64,000 bases of DNA. It comes from Candidatus Thalassarchaeaceae archaeon (GTDB lineage Archaea; Thermoplasmatota; Poseidoniia; Poseidoniales; Thalassarchaeaceae). Made by a program: the position numbers and the translations under genes. This document shows, in pieces, positions 54,237 to 63,097 of this stretch; positions within the stretch are counted from its first letter, which is position 1; every line of letters starts with the position of its first letter. Below the pieces are notes generated by a model. The model was not told the DNA's origin and did no database searches. It was given only the letters and a program-made list of their open reading frames with translations. The stretch covers positions 22,775 through 86,774 of the forward strand of contig JAQXEZ010000002.1 in assembly GCA_029250605.1 (NCBI GenBank), written 5' to 3'.

Positions 54237-54728
54237 ATGGCAGGCGAGCAGTCCTTCAAGGCAGTGGTGAACGACACCGATCCCAAGTCCAGAGGTAGGT
54301 CATTCGCGATGGACATAACGGGAGCAAACTACAACCACTTTCTGGGAAAGAAAATCGGTGATTCGGTAGACGGGATGTTCGTAGGTGACGGAGATTCAAC
54401 CCTCACTGGATACAAGTTGGAGATTACAGGCGGATCCGATGCAACTGGGAGGCCAATGAGGCCGGATCTTGACGGATCGGGAGTGAAATCGGTTCTGATT
54501 ACTGCTGGAATAGGGTACAAGGGGAAGAAATTCGTCAACAAGAACAGCAAGGAGTACCGATACAAGTACGATGGCCTAAGGAGGAGAAGGAACCTCCGTG
54601 GGAATGTAATCAGTCAGGATACACGTCAGATTAACCTCAAGGTAGTTGATCCCGGCAAGCGCTCGCTTGCTGCGATTATTGACGGAGAGGAAGCCGCAGT
54701 CGAACAGCCCTCTGGTGAAGAGGAGTGA
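54237..54728 (+). CDS. rps6e: 30S ribosomal protein S6e
   Basis: GRPMRPDLDGSG..VLITAGIGY and overall S6e similarity. Conserved position upstream of aIF2gamma. Confidence 0.85.
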   Translation: MAGEQSFKAVVNDTDPKSRGRSFAMDITGANYNHFLGKKIGDSVDGMFVGDGDSTLTGYKLEITGGSDATGRPMRPDLDGSGVKSVLITAGIGYKGKKFVNKNSKEYRYKYDGLRRRRNLRGNVISQDTRQINLKVVDPGKRSLAAIIDGEEAAVEQPSGEEE

Positions 54729-54740
54729 CGACTGAGGTGA

Positions 54741-55982
54741 TTGAAGCTGACCAGAGCAAAAAGCAAGCAGCCTGAAGTCAATATCGGCATGGTTGGTCAC
54801 GTCGACCACGGGAAGACCACTTTGACGCAGGCCCTATCTGGAACTTGGACGGATACCCATTCGGAAGAGCGTAAGAGGGGGATTAGCATCAAGTTGGGGT
54901 ATGCGGATACTTCGTTCCACGTCACTTCCGACGGTGAACACTACTCCAAGGGCAAACATCCAGAGGGAGAGAAGGGGAAAGGGGACCTGCTCAGGGTTGT
55001 GTCCTTCGTTGATGCGCCGGGGCACGAGACCCTGATGGCTGTGATGATATCGGGTGCATCAATAATGGATGGGGCATTGTTACTTGTTGCTGCGACAGAG
55101 AAGTGCCCCCAGCCTCAGACGAGGGAGCATCTAGCAGCCCTTGAGATAGCGGGGATAAAGAAAATCGTGGTAGTCCAGAACAAGATCGACATTGTCAGCA
55201 AAGAGAGGGCGATTGAGTCCTACAACGAGATTCAGGAGTTCATCAGTGGGACTATTGCAGAGGATGCGCCGATAATCCCAGTCTCGGCGCATCACGACGT
55301 GAATCTGGACATCCTGATCGAGACCATCGAGGAGACCATCCCCACCCCTGATAGATCCGAGGATGATGGGGGTTTGATGTACGTCGCGAGGTCTTTTGAC
55401 GTGAACCGCCCGGGTTCAAGGCCTTCTGAGATCAAAGGAGGCGTGATTGGAGGGAGCATAGTGGAGGGTTCCTTCAGCCTCGGCGATAGCATCCTAATTG
55501 CACCAGGGAGGAGGATCCAGGAAGGCAACAAGACCCGATGGGAGCCCCTCAGGACCACAATAAATGGCATCAAGGGAGGTGGAAAGGACCTGAAGACCGC
55601 CTTCTCAGGGGGACTCTGCGGGATTTCGACGCCCCTGGACCCTCTTGCTACGAAGGCTGACGACCTATCGGGGCAAGTAATGGCAAGAGAAGGGGAGTTG
55701 CCGCCGATATGGGATGAATTGGCCCTGGACCTGCAACTATTGGACAAGATGATCTCGGGAAGCGATGACGATGGTGGTATCAGGCCCCTGCAGCCAAACG
55801 AGATGCTGATGGTCAATTCCGCTACTGCGACCAGCGTGGGGACTGTCGCTAACATCAAGGGGAAGAAAGCCACGCTAAGCCTCAGGCTGCCCATTTGCGC
55901 CAAGAAGGGGAGCAGGATCACACTCTCTAGGAGAGTCGGTTCCAGATGGCGCCTGATTGGACATGGGGCAATCTCGGGCTGA
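54741..55982 (+). CDS. eif2g: translation initiation factor 2 gamma subunit (aIF2-gamma)
   Basis: G-domain motifs GHVDHGKTTL, DAPGHE and NKID, plus domains II and III. Confidence 0.9.
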   Translation: MKLTRAKSKQPEVNIGMVGHVDHGKTTLTQALSGTWTDTHSEERKRGISIKLGYADTSFHVTSDGEHYSKGKHPEGEKGKGDLLRVVSFVDAPGHETLMAVMISGASIMDGALLLVAATEKCPQPQTREHLAALEIAGIKKIVVVQNKIDIVSKERAIESYNEIQEFISGTIAEDAPIIPVSAHHDVNLDILIETIEETIPTPDRSEDDGGLMYVARSFDVNRPGSRPSEIKGGVIGGSIVEGSFSLGDSILIAPGRRIQEGNKTRWEPLRTTINGIKGGGKDLKTAFSGGLCGISTPLDPLATKADDLSGQVMAREGELPPIWDELALDLQLLDKMISGSDDDGGIRPLQPNEMLMVNSATATSVGTVANIKGKKATLSLRLPICAKKGSRITLSRRVGSRWRLIGHGAISG

Positions 55983-56349
55983 TCTCATGGTTTCAGTTCT
56001 GGTTGATGCATGTGGATGGGTTTCCCTTATCGATGCAGGCCTGAACCTGGACATTTCCCTCAATGAGGTGGTAGGGAAGGCTGAGCTGAAGATCACTGCT
56101 GGGGTAAGGGATGAGCTTGACTCCCTCTCAAAGACTCGCGGTGGCCTCCTTCTGGACCTACTGTACAGCAGATCGGAATTGATCGATTCGGAGGGAGGTC
56201 ACACGGATGACTCCCTTTTGGCCCTAGCAACCCAGAACCAGTGGCCAGTTCTAACTGTGGACAGAGTGCTGAAGAAGAGGCTTGTAGAAGGGGGCTGTTC
56301 GTACATAGAAGTGACATCTGGGCCATCCCTGAGAATGGTTGAGGCCTAG
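55957..56349 (+). CDS. PIN-domain protein (conserved aIF2gamma neighbour)
   Basis: Acidic residues placed as in a PIN fold (VLVDACGWVSL...D...TVD). This is the position of the PIN gene in the archaeal aIF2gamma neighbourhood. Confidence 0.5.
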   Translation: MDMGQSRADLMVSVLVDACGWVSLIDAGLNLDISLNEVVGKAELKITAGVRDELDSLSKTRGGLLLDLLYSRSELIDSEGGHTDDSLLALATQNQWPVLTVDRVLKKRLVEGGCSYIEVTSGPSLRMVEA

Positions 56350-56639
56350 GGAAGCGTGAACAGACGATTGTCCCCATGACCGTCCATCAGACCTATCCTT
56401 ACTGCAGCATCCAGCCATGCATGGGCGTAGTTGATTGCTCCGAAGGAGCTTACTAAGTCCCCCTGAGAGGCGAAATGCCGTGCATCGGCAGTATAATCAT
56501 CGCACATCCGAAGCATCTCGTTCAGCCTATCTTCATCCAGCTTGCTCGAGGTAGAAGGTGTCGCCTTTGACCTAGCCTCGGCAGTGAGAGCGAGGTATCT
56601 CTCGATTCTCTCGTGAGTGATTTTATCGGACATCATCAT
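56346..56639 (-). CDS. DUF357-like small archaeal protein
   Basis: INYAHAWLDAAVRIG matches the YAHGWLDA core of DUF357. Confidence 0.4.
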   Translation of the reverse strand: MMMSDKITHERIERYLALTAEARSKATPSTSSKLDEDRLNEMLRMCDDYTADARHFASQGDLVSSFGAINYAHAWLDAAVRIGLMDGHGDNRLFTLP

Positions 56640-58456
56640 CCCCCACTTAGCAAGGATCCAGCACCTTCGCTTAGCTTGAACAGCCTACTTCTCCCTTCCT
56701 TCCGCACGGCCAGTATGCCTGATTTGTGGAGTGAGTTGTAAATCTGAGAAAGGCGAGGCCGTCCCACCTCGAGCCGTGCTTGGATCTCGGCATCGGAAGG
56801 GGATATCTCCCGCGATGAGGCCACGGAGACAACCAGTCTCTCGGCGTCGCTCATACTTCCAAGGTGATTCTGGTCGACGATATCCTTAGATTCCCATGAA
56901 GGCCCTCTGACGATAATTGGGGTTTCAGAGTTGATTATCTGGGTCTGTTCCTCGATAGTATCCATTATTTCGGGTTCTTCGAGGGGTTCGTCGGGCTCGA
57001 ATTCGGGTTCGGATTCGGGCTCGCTAGATAGCTCAGGCAGAGTCTCCTCCAAATCCGAGTCAACTGTCCATAATTCTCCCTCGGAGTGTAATACCTTCTT
57101 CTCCTCGAAAGAGGGTTTTTCCGTGCTTATTGACTTCCTATTTTCCTCGGGAATTGGTTGTTGTCTTTCTACGATGGGTGCTTCCTTCGGAGTGGTCTTG
57201 AGTTCACCAATATCCGGCTCCTGGATGGGGACTGTGAAATCGGGTCCCTTTGGCATGGAGTCATTCGTTATTTTCGACCTGTTTACTAGGCCCGAGAAAC
57301 CCCTATTGCGGCCATTGCTGGGTGGTTCTGTACCCTCGTCCATTGACAGAATTGTCCCTTCGTCGGCTGTCCATCCGGTGATTTTCTCTGGATTCTCCGA
57401 GGTGATTTCACTATCTGGTGAGATTTCGCTGTATTCTTCCTCATTGATTTCATCGAAAACAGATTCTTTCTCTGTGCCCTCATCATTTGGCCACATGTCA
57501 TCTGGTTCTACGTCCCAGTCCTCATCTTCTGCCTCGTTCTCAATGATATCTGGATCCTCTTCCTCAGGCCAATCTTCCACAATTTCTTCGAGGGCAGCAT
57601 CCTGGGGCTCATGGATTGGTGCCGTAACGGTTTCTAACTGGTGTTTTCCTAGGTTATAATCGGGCGTAGTATCCTTCTTTTCGGGGCTCCAACTAGTCAG
57701 AGATTCCAGAGTTCCTTTGGAGCCAAGGCCCCTTCCCTCATCTACAAGATCTCTGAGGATACTGATCACAGATCTTGGATTTCCACCTGTCCTGGACATA
57801 ATTGCCCCCAGTAAATCGCTATTGATGTGCCACCTCTCGAGGGACATCCTGCGAATCCTAAGGTCGCTGAGCGATTGGATTTGCTCGCGAGAAAGGGGCG
57901 CAACTGTGACTATCTCATCGAAAACCTCTCTGGTATTCTCGTCCAGAGATGCCATCTGGGAGTTAGAAACCGAAACTACTACGAGGGCTCTAAGTCGCTG
58001 CAGTATTGGCAATATTAGAGACAAGAATGAGGCTGAGTCGACGTGTGGGGGATAGTCCAGAGCGACGAGGGGCAGTGGTCCCGAGAGCGTGTCCATGGTC
58101 TCCACAATCCTCTCAATTTTCTGATGCATGCTCGGTGGTATTTCATGGCCGCAGAATGTTATGGCAAGCTCGTCCAGAGCGCAGTTAAGAGGGTCATCGC
58201 TATGCCAATATGTTCCAACGAAACGATCGTCAGTAAGCGATGAGATTGCGTTGATCAGAGATGTCCTACCCGAACCCCTCTCACCGGTAAGAAGTATCAT
58301 CCTAGGAGACTGGGAGTGCATATGTTCCTTCCACCTAATCATGGTGTCATCTCTTCCGACTATCTCACTGGCCCGGTTCCTCTCGATTGGTCTAGAGTCG
58401 AATGGGTTTCCTCGCAGAGTAGGGAGGTCTGAGGGAGAAAGGTCGCTCAACACCAT
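56636..58456 (-). CDS. divergent Orc1/Cdc6-like AAA+ ATPase with ~250-aa acidic low-complexity insertion and C-terminal winged HTH
   Basis: Walker A GERGSGRTSL, Walker B LVALDYP, sensor-2-like GGNPRSVISILRDLVDE. A D/E/P/S-rich disordered segment follows. The C-terminal wHTH is LVVSVASSREISPSDAEIQARLEVGRPRLSQIYNSLHKSGILAV. Confidence 0.55.
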   Translation of the reverse strand: MVLSDLSPSDLPTLRGNPFDSRPIERNRASEIVGRDDTMIRWKEHMHSQSPRMILLTGERGSGRTSLINAISSLTDDRFVGTYWHSDDPLNCALDELAITFCGHEIPPSMHQKIERIVETMDTLSGPLPLVALDYPPHVDSASFLSLILPILQRLRALVVVSVSNSQMASLDENTREVFDEIVTVAPLSREQIQSLSDLRIRRMSLERWHINSDLLGAIMSRTGGNPRSVISILRDLVDEGRGLGSKGTLESLTSWSPEKKDTTPDYNLGKHQLETVTAPIHEPQDAALEEIVEDWPEEEDPDIIENEAEDEDWDVEPDDMWPNDEGTEKESVFDEINEEEYSEISPDSEITSENPEKITGWTADEGTILSMDEGTEPPSNGRNRGFSGLVNRSKITNDSMPKGPDFTVPIQEPDIGELKTTPKEAPIVERQQPIPEENRKSISTEKPSFEEKKVLHSEGELWTVDSDLEETLPELSSEPESEPEFEPDEPLEEPEIMDTIEEQTQIINSETPIIVRGPSWESKDIVDQNHLGSMSDAERLVVSVASSREISPSDAEIQARLEVGRPRLSQIYNSLHKSGILAVRKEGRSRLFKLSEGAGSLLSGG

Positions 58457-58489
58457 AGGCCCTCAGCACCCTATGGGATTCTTAATGTT

Positions 58490-58670
58490 CACGCATACTC
58501 ACGCATTGCAGAGTGCCAATTAACGGGTAATTCGCAAATGCGGGGAGTTGGGATTGTGAATAATTGGTTCAGTATCTATTTTTCCTCTTTACTGCATTAA
58601 CGCATTATTAACGGGTTAGTAAAGCGTTAACAAAGCGTTAACGGGCAAATTAACGCATTATTCGAGAGGT
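58490..58670. promoter_or_regulatory. cluster of six TTAACG(G/C) motifs (3 copies of TTAACGGG, 2 of TTAACGCATTATT, tandem GCGTTAAC) around an AT-rich 38-bp stretch; candidate origin or operator array
   Basis: Direct reading of the 267-bp divergent intergenic region between the Orc1-like gene and HMG-CoA reductase. Confidence 0.45.
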
Positions 58671-58723
58671 GTTTTGCTCGAAAAAGGTTAGAAGCCCGTT
58701 GTCATGTCTTCGGTCTGAGTACA

Positions 58724-60022
58724 ATGCCAATAGAGAATAGTCGCATCGGAGGGTTCTACAAACTATCAGTTTCAGAGAGAAGGGAGCTTCTCGCTGAGAT
58801 TGCGGAATTGAGCGATGAACAGGTAGAGGCATGGGCCAACTCGGGAGAGTTGGATGAAGAGTCGGCGGACAGGATGATAGAGAATGTCGTGGGAACATAC
58901 TCACTCCCCATAGGGGTGGCGACCAACTTCGTGATTGATGGTTCCCACTATGCGATCCCATTCGTTCTCGAAGAGCCTAGCGTGGTTGCGGCGGCGAGCA
59001 ACATGGCGAAGAGGTGTCTAGCCAACGGTGGCTTCAGTTCGGACAATGACGACCCAGTCATGATCGGCCAGATCCAAGTCGTGGGTTGTGAAGACCCAGA
59101 TGGTGCAAGGGAGTCTATTCTGGCAGCCAAGGACGAGTTGGTTTCGAACTGCAACGAGGTAGACCCCATACTGGTGAAGTTCGGAGGCGGTTGCAGGGAC
59201 CTCTCTGCCAGAGTAATTGAGACTGGCTCGGGGAGGATGGTGATCGTGCACATCCACGTGGATTGCAGGGACGCGATGGGTGCCAATGCGGTGAACACGA
59301 TGGCTGAAACCATTGCTCCAAGGGTGGAGGAGATCTCTGGTGGGACGGTCATCCTGAGGATAATCAGCAACTTGGCCGTTCTACGACTCGCTAGGGTTAG
59401 TGCGGTTTTCACCCCAGAAGAGATGTCAGACAGGGGACAGGATGCAAAACAAGGCTCTGAGGTGATTGACGGGGTCATTCAGGCATACCACTTCGCTGAG
59501 GCGGACCCATTCAGGGCCACGACCCACAATAAGGGGATAATGAACGCGATATCCGCTGTAGCTCTTGCCTGTGGCCAGGACTGGAGGGCCATCGAGTCTG
59601 GGGCTCACAGTTATGCCTCTCACGAGAGGACGTACGGTTCGCTGACCAAGTGGTCAAAGGACGATGACGGCAATCTGGTGGGGTCCATCGAGCTTCCTAT
59701 GGCAGTGGGCCTGGTTGGCGGTGCAGTAAGGGTCCATCCCGCCGCACAGGCGAATGTGGCCCTTCTGGGCGTTGAGAGCGCGGACGAGCTGGCGAAGGTG
59801 ATGGCGGCATCGGGACTGGCTCAGAACCTCGGTGCACTGCGTGCCCTAGCCACTGTGGGGATCCAAGCAGGCCACATGAAGTTGCATGTCAGGAACATGG
59901 CAGTTACCGCTGGGGCCGAGGGGGGAGAGGTAGACAAGGTGGCATCCATGCTCAGGGAAAGGGGTGGCAGGATCACCCAAGCCTCGGTGATTGAGGCACT
60001 GGAAGAGATCCGTTCTGATTAG
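58724..60022 (+). CDS. hmgA: 3-hydroxy-3-methylglutaryl-CoA reductase (probably class II type)
   Basis: ENVVGTYSLPIGVATNFVIDG, DAMGANAVN, and C-terminal GSIELPMAVGLVGG...HP.A motifs. About 430 aa and soluble. Confidence 0.85.
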   Translation: MPIENSRIGGFYKLSVSERRELLAEIAELSDEQVEAWANSGELDEESADRMIENVVGTYSLPIGVATNFVIDGSHYAIPFVLEEPSVVAAASNMAKRCLANGGFSSDNDDPVMIGQIQVVGCEDPDGARESILAAKDELVSNCNEVDPILVKFGGGCRDLSARVIETGSGRMVIVHIHVDCRDAMGANAVNTMAETIAPRVEEISGGTVILRIISNLAVLRLARVSAVFTPEEMSDRGQDAKQGSEVIDGVIQAYHFAEADPFRATTHNKGIMNAISAVALACGQDWRAIESGAHSYASHERTYGSLTKWSKDDDGNLVGSIELPMAVGLVGGAVRVHPAAQANVALLGVESADELAKVMAASGLAQNLGALRALATVGIQAGHMKLHVRNMAVTAGAEGGEVDKVASMLRERGGRITQASVIEALEEIRSD

Positions 60023-60024
60023 TC

Positions 60025-61851
60025 TCAGGCCAATCCTCGGTTCCTAGCGTCTTCTGCGGCAGCGTCTTTCCTTCCTTGCTCTACATCCACCTTTCTCATC
60101 AACAAGGTACCTATCAGGATGAGTACTGAGATGCTGAGGATCCCGACTCTGCTATCGAATACCACCGTCATTAACCCATACAACAAGGGCCCTATTAGAG
60201 CGGCAACTTTGCCGAAGAAGCCGAAGAAGCCGAAGAACTCAGCACTTCTGGTTTCTGGGACCATCTGTCCGAAAAGGCTCCTAGCAAGGCCTTGGGATCC
60301 ACCCAATAGGGTACCCATAGCGCATCCCAAGAGTAAGAATTGGAACCCTACTGATAGGCCTAGGGGTTCCCAGACTTTGTCTCTGGCAGTCTGAGGAACC
60401 CAATCCAGTTTTCCGTCACCTAGGTTGGTTGGGTGGTCAACTCCTATGTTGGAGGCGGCATCCAATGAACCACCTGAAATGCTCACACTGAATCTGGAAT
60501 TGTCTAGAGTGGCGATGAATGACTCGATCTCCCCAGAATCAATGCCAGAGAGGGAAAGAATGTGGGTTTCTTCGGTCTTCTCGCCTTCTGCGTCTCTTTC
60601 CACAAACATCCATCTCTTTGTGTCACTCCTATCGTCAATCTCGATGGGCAGTACATGACTCCAAGTAGTGGCCCAACCCTGTTCATCAAACTCATCATCC
60701 TGGTATTTTAACTTCTGAGCCAGTTCGGGGATATTCTCATCCACCTGGACATTGTATGAACTAGATGCATCGTTCCAGTCATATCGAATCTGATACTCTT
60801 CATGGGACTCGAACTGAAGGGGTGCGAAGGAAAGGGCCGCAAAACATAGCACGACCCAACCTACCAGAGATGCGGTCAACGCTTGTTTTGTCCCGATTCT
60901 CTCAGATAGTTTGGTGAAACCGATTGCAGAAGGGGCTGCGACGAACTGGATTGCTAGAATTGTGACCATTAGGTCAAGCCCTGTAATTCCCAATACGGTC
61001 GTTCCGAAGATTCCACCTAATGCGGTTACGGTATTGATGCCATCAATGAAGAAGAAGTAAGCGAGCATGTAGATGAAGAGTGTCCTGAATTTGTCTACCT
61101 CCCCTATGGTCTTCTTGATCTCCCTTATTGCCAGGGAGGCGGACTCCTTTACCCCCAATGACTCCATTTCGTTCTCTATTGGGGGTTCAGGGACCCAATT
61201 GAATGTCAGTAGGGCAAAGCCGTACCACCAAATTCCGGAAGTAGCCATCGCCAGTTGGGTGGCCCATTCTGCGTAATCCGTGATCATGAGGATAACAATG
61301 TGGATGACTAGTAGCAATCCCCCGCCCAGATAGCCATATGCGAAGGCCAGATTGGATATGCGGTCCATTTCGTCATCTTTACCCATGTGAGGCAGGAGCG
61401 CGTTGTAGAACACCCCAGCTCCGTTCAATCCGATATTTGCCAGTATGAACATCACCATTAGCCAGACCCATTGGGTACTGACTGGCAGAAGAGGAGCAGC
61501 GAAAAGAAGGAATGTTGATCCTGCCCCTACGTATGTTAGAATCTTCAACCACCACATCTTGATTGCCCTGCGATCTGCGATTACGCCCAGAGAGGGGCTG
61601 ACGAGTGCGACGAGCAATGCGGCCCCAGAAACAGAGAATGACCAAATTGCATCACTAGACATTGATTTAGAAAGAACTGTTGTGGTCAGACCATTTGCTT
61701 CCAAGAAGAGAAGAGCAAACCAGAACGGAAGGATTGCTGTTGTTACGCTTGTTTCGAATGCTGATTTGCCCCAATCGTAAAATGCGTATCCTCTGACTGC
61801 TTTCGGGTCTGATGCTCGGTCTAATTCCACTGTCTCTGACATGTCTATCAT
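60025..61851 (-). CDS. MFS transporter (UMF1/Atg22-like) with large soluble insertion
   Basis: Twelve TM helices in 6+6 MFS topology, interrupted by a ~170-aa hydrophilic loop. Confidence 0.55.
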   Translation of the reverse strand: MIDMSETVELDRASDPKAVRGYAFYDWGKSAFETSVTTAILPFWFALLFLEANGLTTTVLSKSMSSDAIWSFSVSGAALLVALVSPSLGVIADRRAIKMWWLKILTYVGAGSTFLLFAAPLLPVSTQWVWLMVMFILANIGLNGAGVFYNALLPHMGKDDEMDRISNLAFAYGYLGGGLLLVIHIVILMITDYAEWATQLAMATSGIWWYGFALLTFNWVPEPPIENEMESLGVKESASLAIREIKKTIGEVDKFRTLFIYMLAYFFFIDGINTVTALGGIFGTTVLGITGLDLMVTILAIQFVAAPSAIGFTKLSERIGTKQALTASLVGWVVLCFAALSFAPLQFESHEEYQIRYDWNDASSSYNVQVDENIPELAQKLKYQDDEFDEQGWATTWSHVLPIEIDDRSDTKRWMFVERDAEGEKTEETHILSLSGIDSGEIESFIATLDNSRFSVSISGGSLDAASNIGVDHPTNLGDGKLDWVPQTARDKVWEPLGLSVGFQFLLLGCAMGTLLGGSQGLARSLFGQMVPETRSAEFFGFFGFFGKVAALIGPLLYGLMTVVFDSRVGILSISVLILIGTLLMRKVDVEQGRKDAAAEDARNRGLA

Positions 61852-61912
61852 GACGAGGGTCGAGTTACACAGTATCAGTGTTGTCCCGGATACTCGGTAA
61901 CTTATCCCACAC

Positions 61913-63097
61913 TTGTTTGATGATGGATCATTCGAAGGAGTGACGCCCCTGCATTCTTGGACTGGTTCCCCCTCGGAAGGGGTGATGGGTGACTGGAAGC
62001 AACCTGAAGAGAATTCTATCGAGGCACTCCATCATGGGATGCTATTTGGAGACGGGGTAGAGTTCGACCTCAGAGTCGATGGGGATGGGGAGTTGGTGAT
62101 TTTCCATGACGAGTTCGCCCCTGGAGAAGGGCCAATCGGGGAGAGGTGCGTGGAAAACCTCCCAACTGACTACCTCAGATCGGCAGGAATACCCACGCTC
62201 AGCGACCTATTGGCCGATCGGGATTTCACAGATTCATGGCAATCTGGCGGGAAGACGGTTGACATCGAGTTCAAGCTGCCGCACCCCTCAACAAAAATCG
62301 GCACAATGGGGTACTTGAGCTCGATAATGGGGAAATTGGAAGTGGCTCTGGAACCCTTGGAACTGCCAGATAGATCGGTGGTTGTTTCTTGCTTCTCACC
62401 GAAGATTGGAGAGGCTGCCAAGTCTTCTCGTTTCGGCATCCCCGTGATTCGATTGATGCCCCACATCAGGGCTTGGGGCAGGCACTGGAGGCTGAAGAGA
62501 GTAGTTGCAGGCCCCCATTTTGCCAGGACCACTGTGAGGGGCATCACACGGAGCCTCAGAAAAGAAGGGATGGAGTCAATCGGAATGGCATTGAATTACC
62601 TCGTAGGATGGCCGCGATTCATCCACCCGGGCCTTCCTGCTGGCCTCCGAGGAAGGGGGCTGAAGCGATTCTTCGAGGCTCGACAGGGCATGGGTGCGTT
62701 CGTTTGGTCGGCACCGTTGAAGCACGAGGATGCCCTGGTAAATGCGGGGATCTCCCTTGTTTCGGATAACATGGACCCAACGGTTCTGGTGAAACCAGAT
62801 GGCACCCCGAGATGGCCTAGACCAGGTAGCCAACCACTCGACGAAGAATGGAGCAAGAGGATCAGCGAGGCTGGCTCCCTAGAGAGGGGCGACATCATGA
62901 GCGAGGCGTTTTCCTCGCTCCCGATGTGGGAGGATATCGAGAGCGAGCGGAAGCGGAGGATCGTGGAAGAGCAGGCGACAAGGATGCTCTGGCCTGGCAG
63001 TACTGAGAAATGGGTTAAGCTAGCAGACGGTGGTTTGCCTTGGGGAAGTCCGAGGATAATAGGTCACAGAGGTGCGGGCAGCACACACGGAGTGTGA
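61913..63097 (+). CDS. glycerophosphodiester phosphodiesterase (GDPD) domain protein, atypical architecture
   Basis: PEENSIEALHHGMLFGDGVEFDLRVDGDGELVIFHDEF matches the GDPD core (PENT..A...G...E.DV..T.DG..V..HD). The protein ends in IIGHRGAGSTHGV, which resembles the start of a GDPD domain. Confidence 0.5.
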   Translation: MFDDGSFEGVTPLHSWTGSPSEGVMGDWKQPEENSIEALHHGMLFGDGVEFDLRVDGDGELVIFHDEFAPGEGPIGERCVENLPTDYLRSAGIPTLSDLLADRDFTDSWQSGGKTVDIEFKLPHPSTKIGTMGYLSSIMGKLEVALEPLELPDRSVVVSCFSPKIGEAAKSSRFGIPVIRLMPHIRAWGRHWRLKRVVAGPHFARTTVRGITRSLRKEGMESIGMALNYLVGWPRFIHPGLPAGLRGRGLKRFFEARQGMGAFVWSAPLKHEDALVNAGISLVSDNMDPTVLVKPDGTPRWPRPGSQPLDEEWSKRISEAGSLERGDIMSEAFSSLPMWEDIESERKRRIVEEQATRMLWPGSTEKWVKLADGGLPWGSPRIIGHRGAGSTHGV

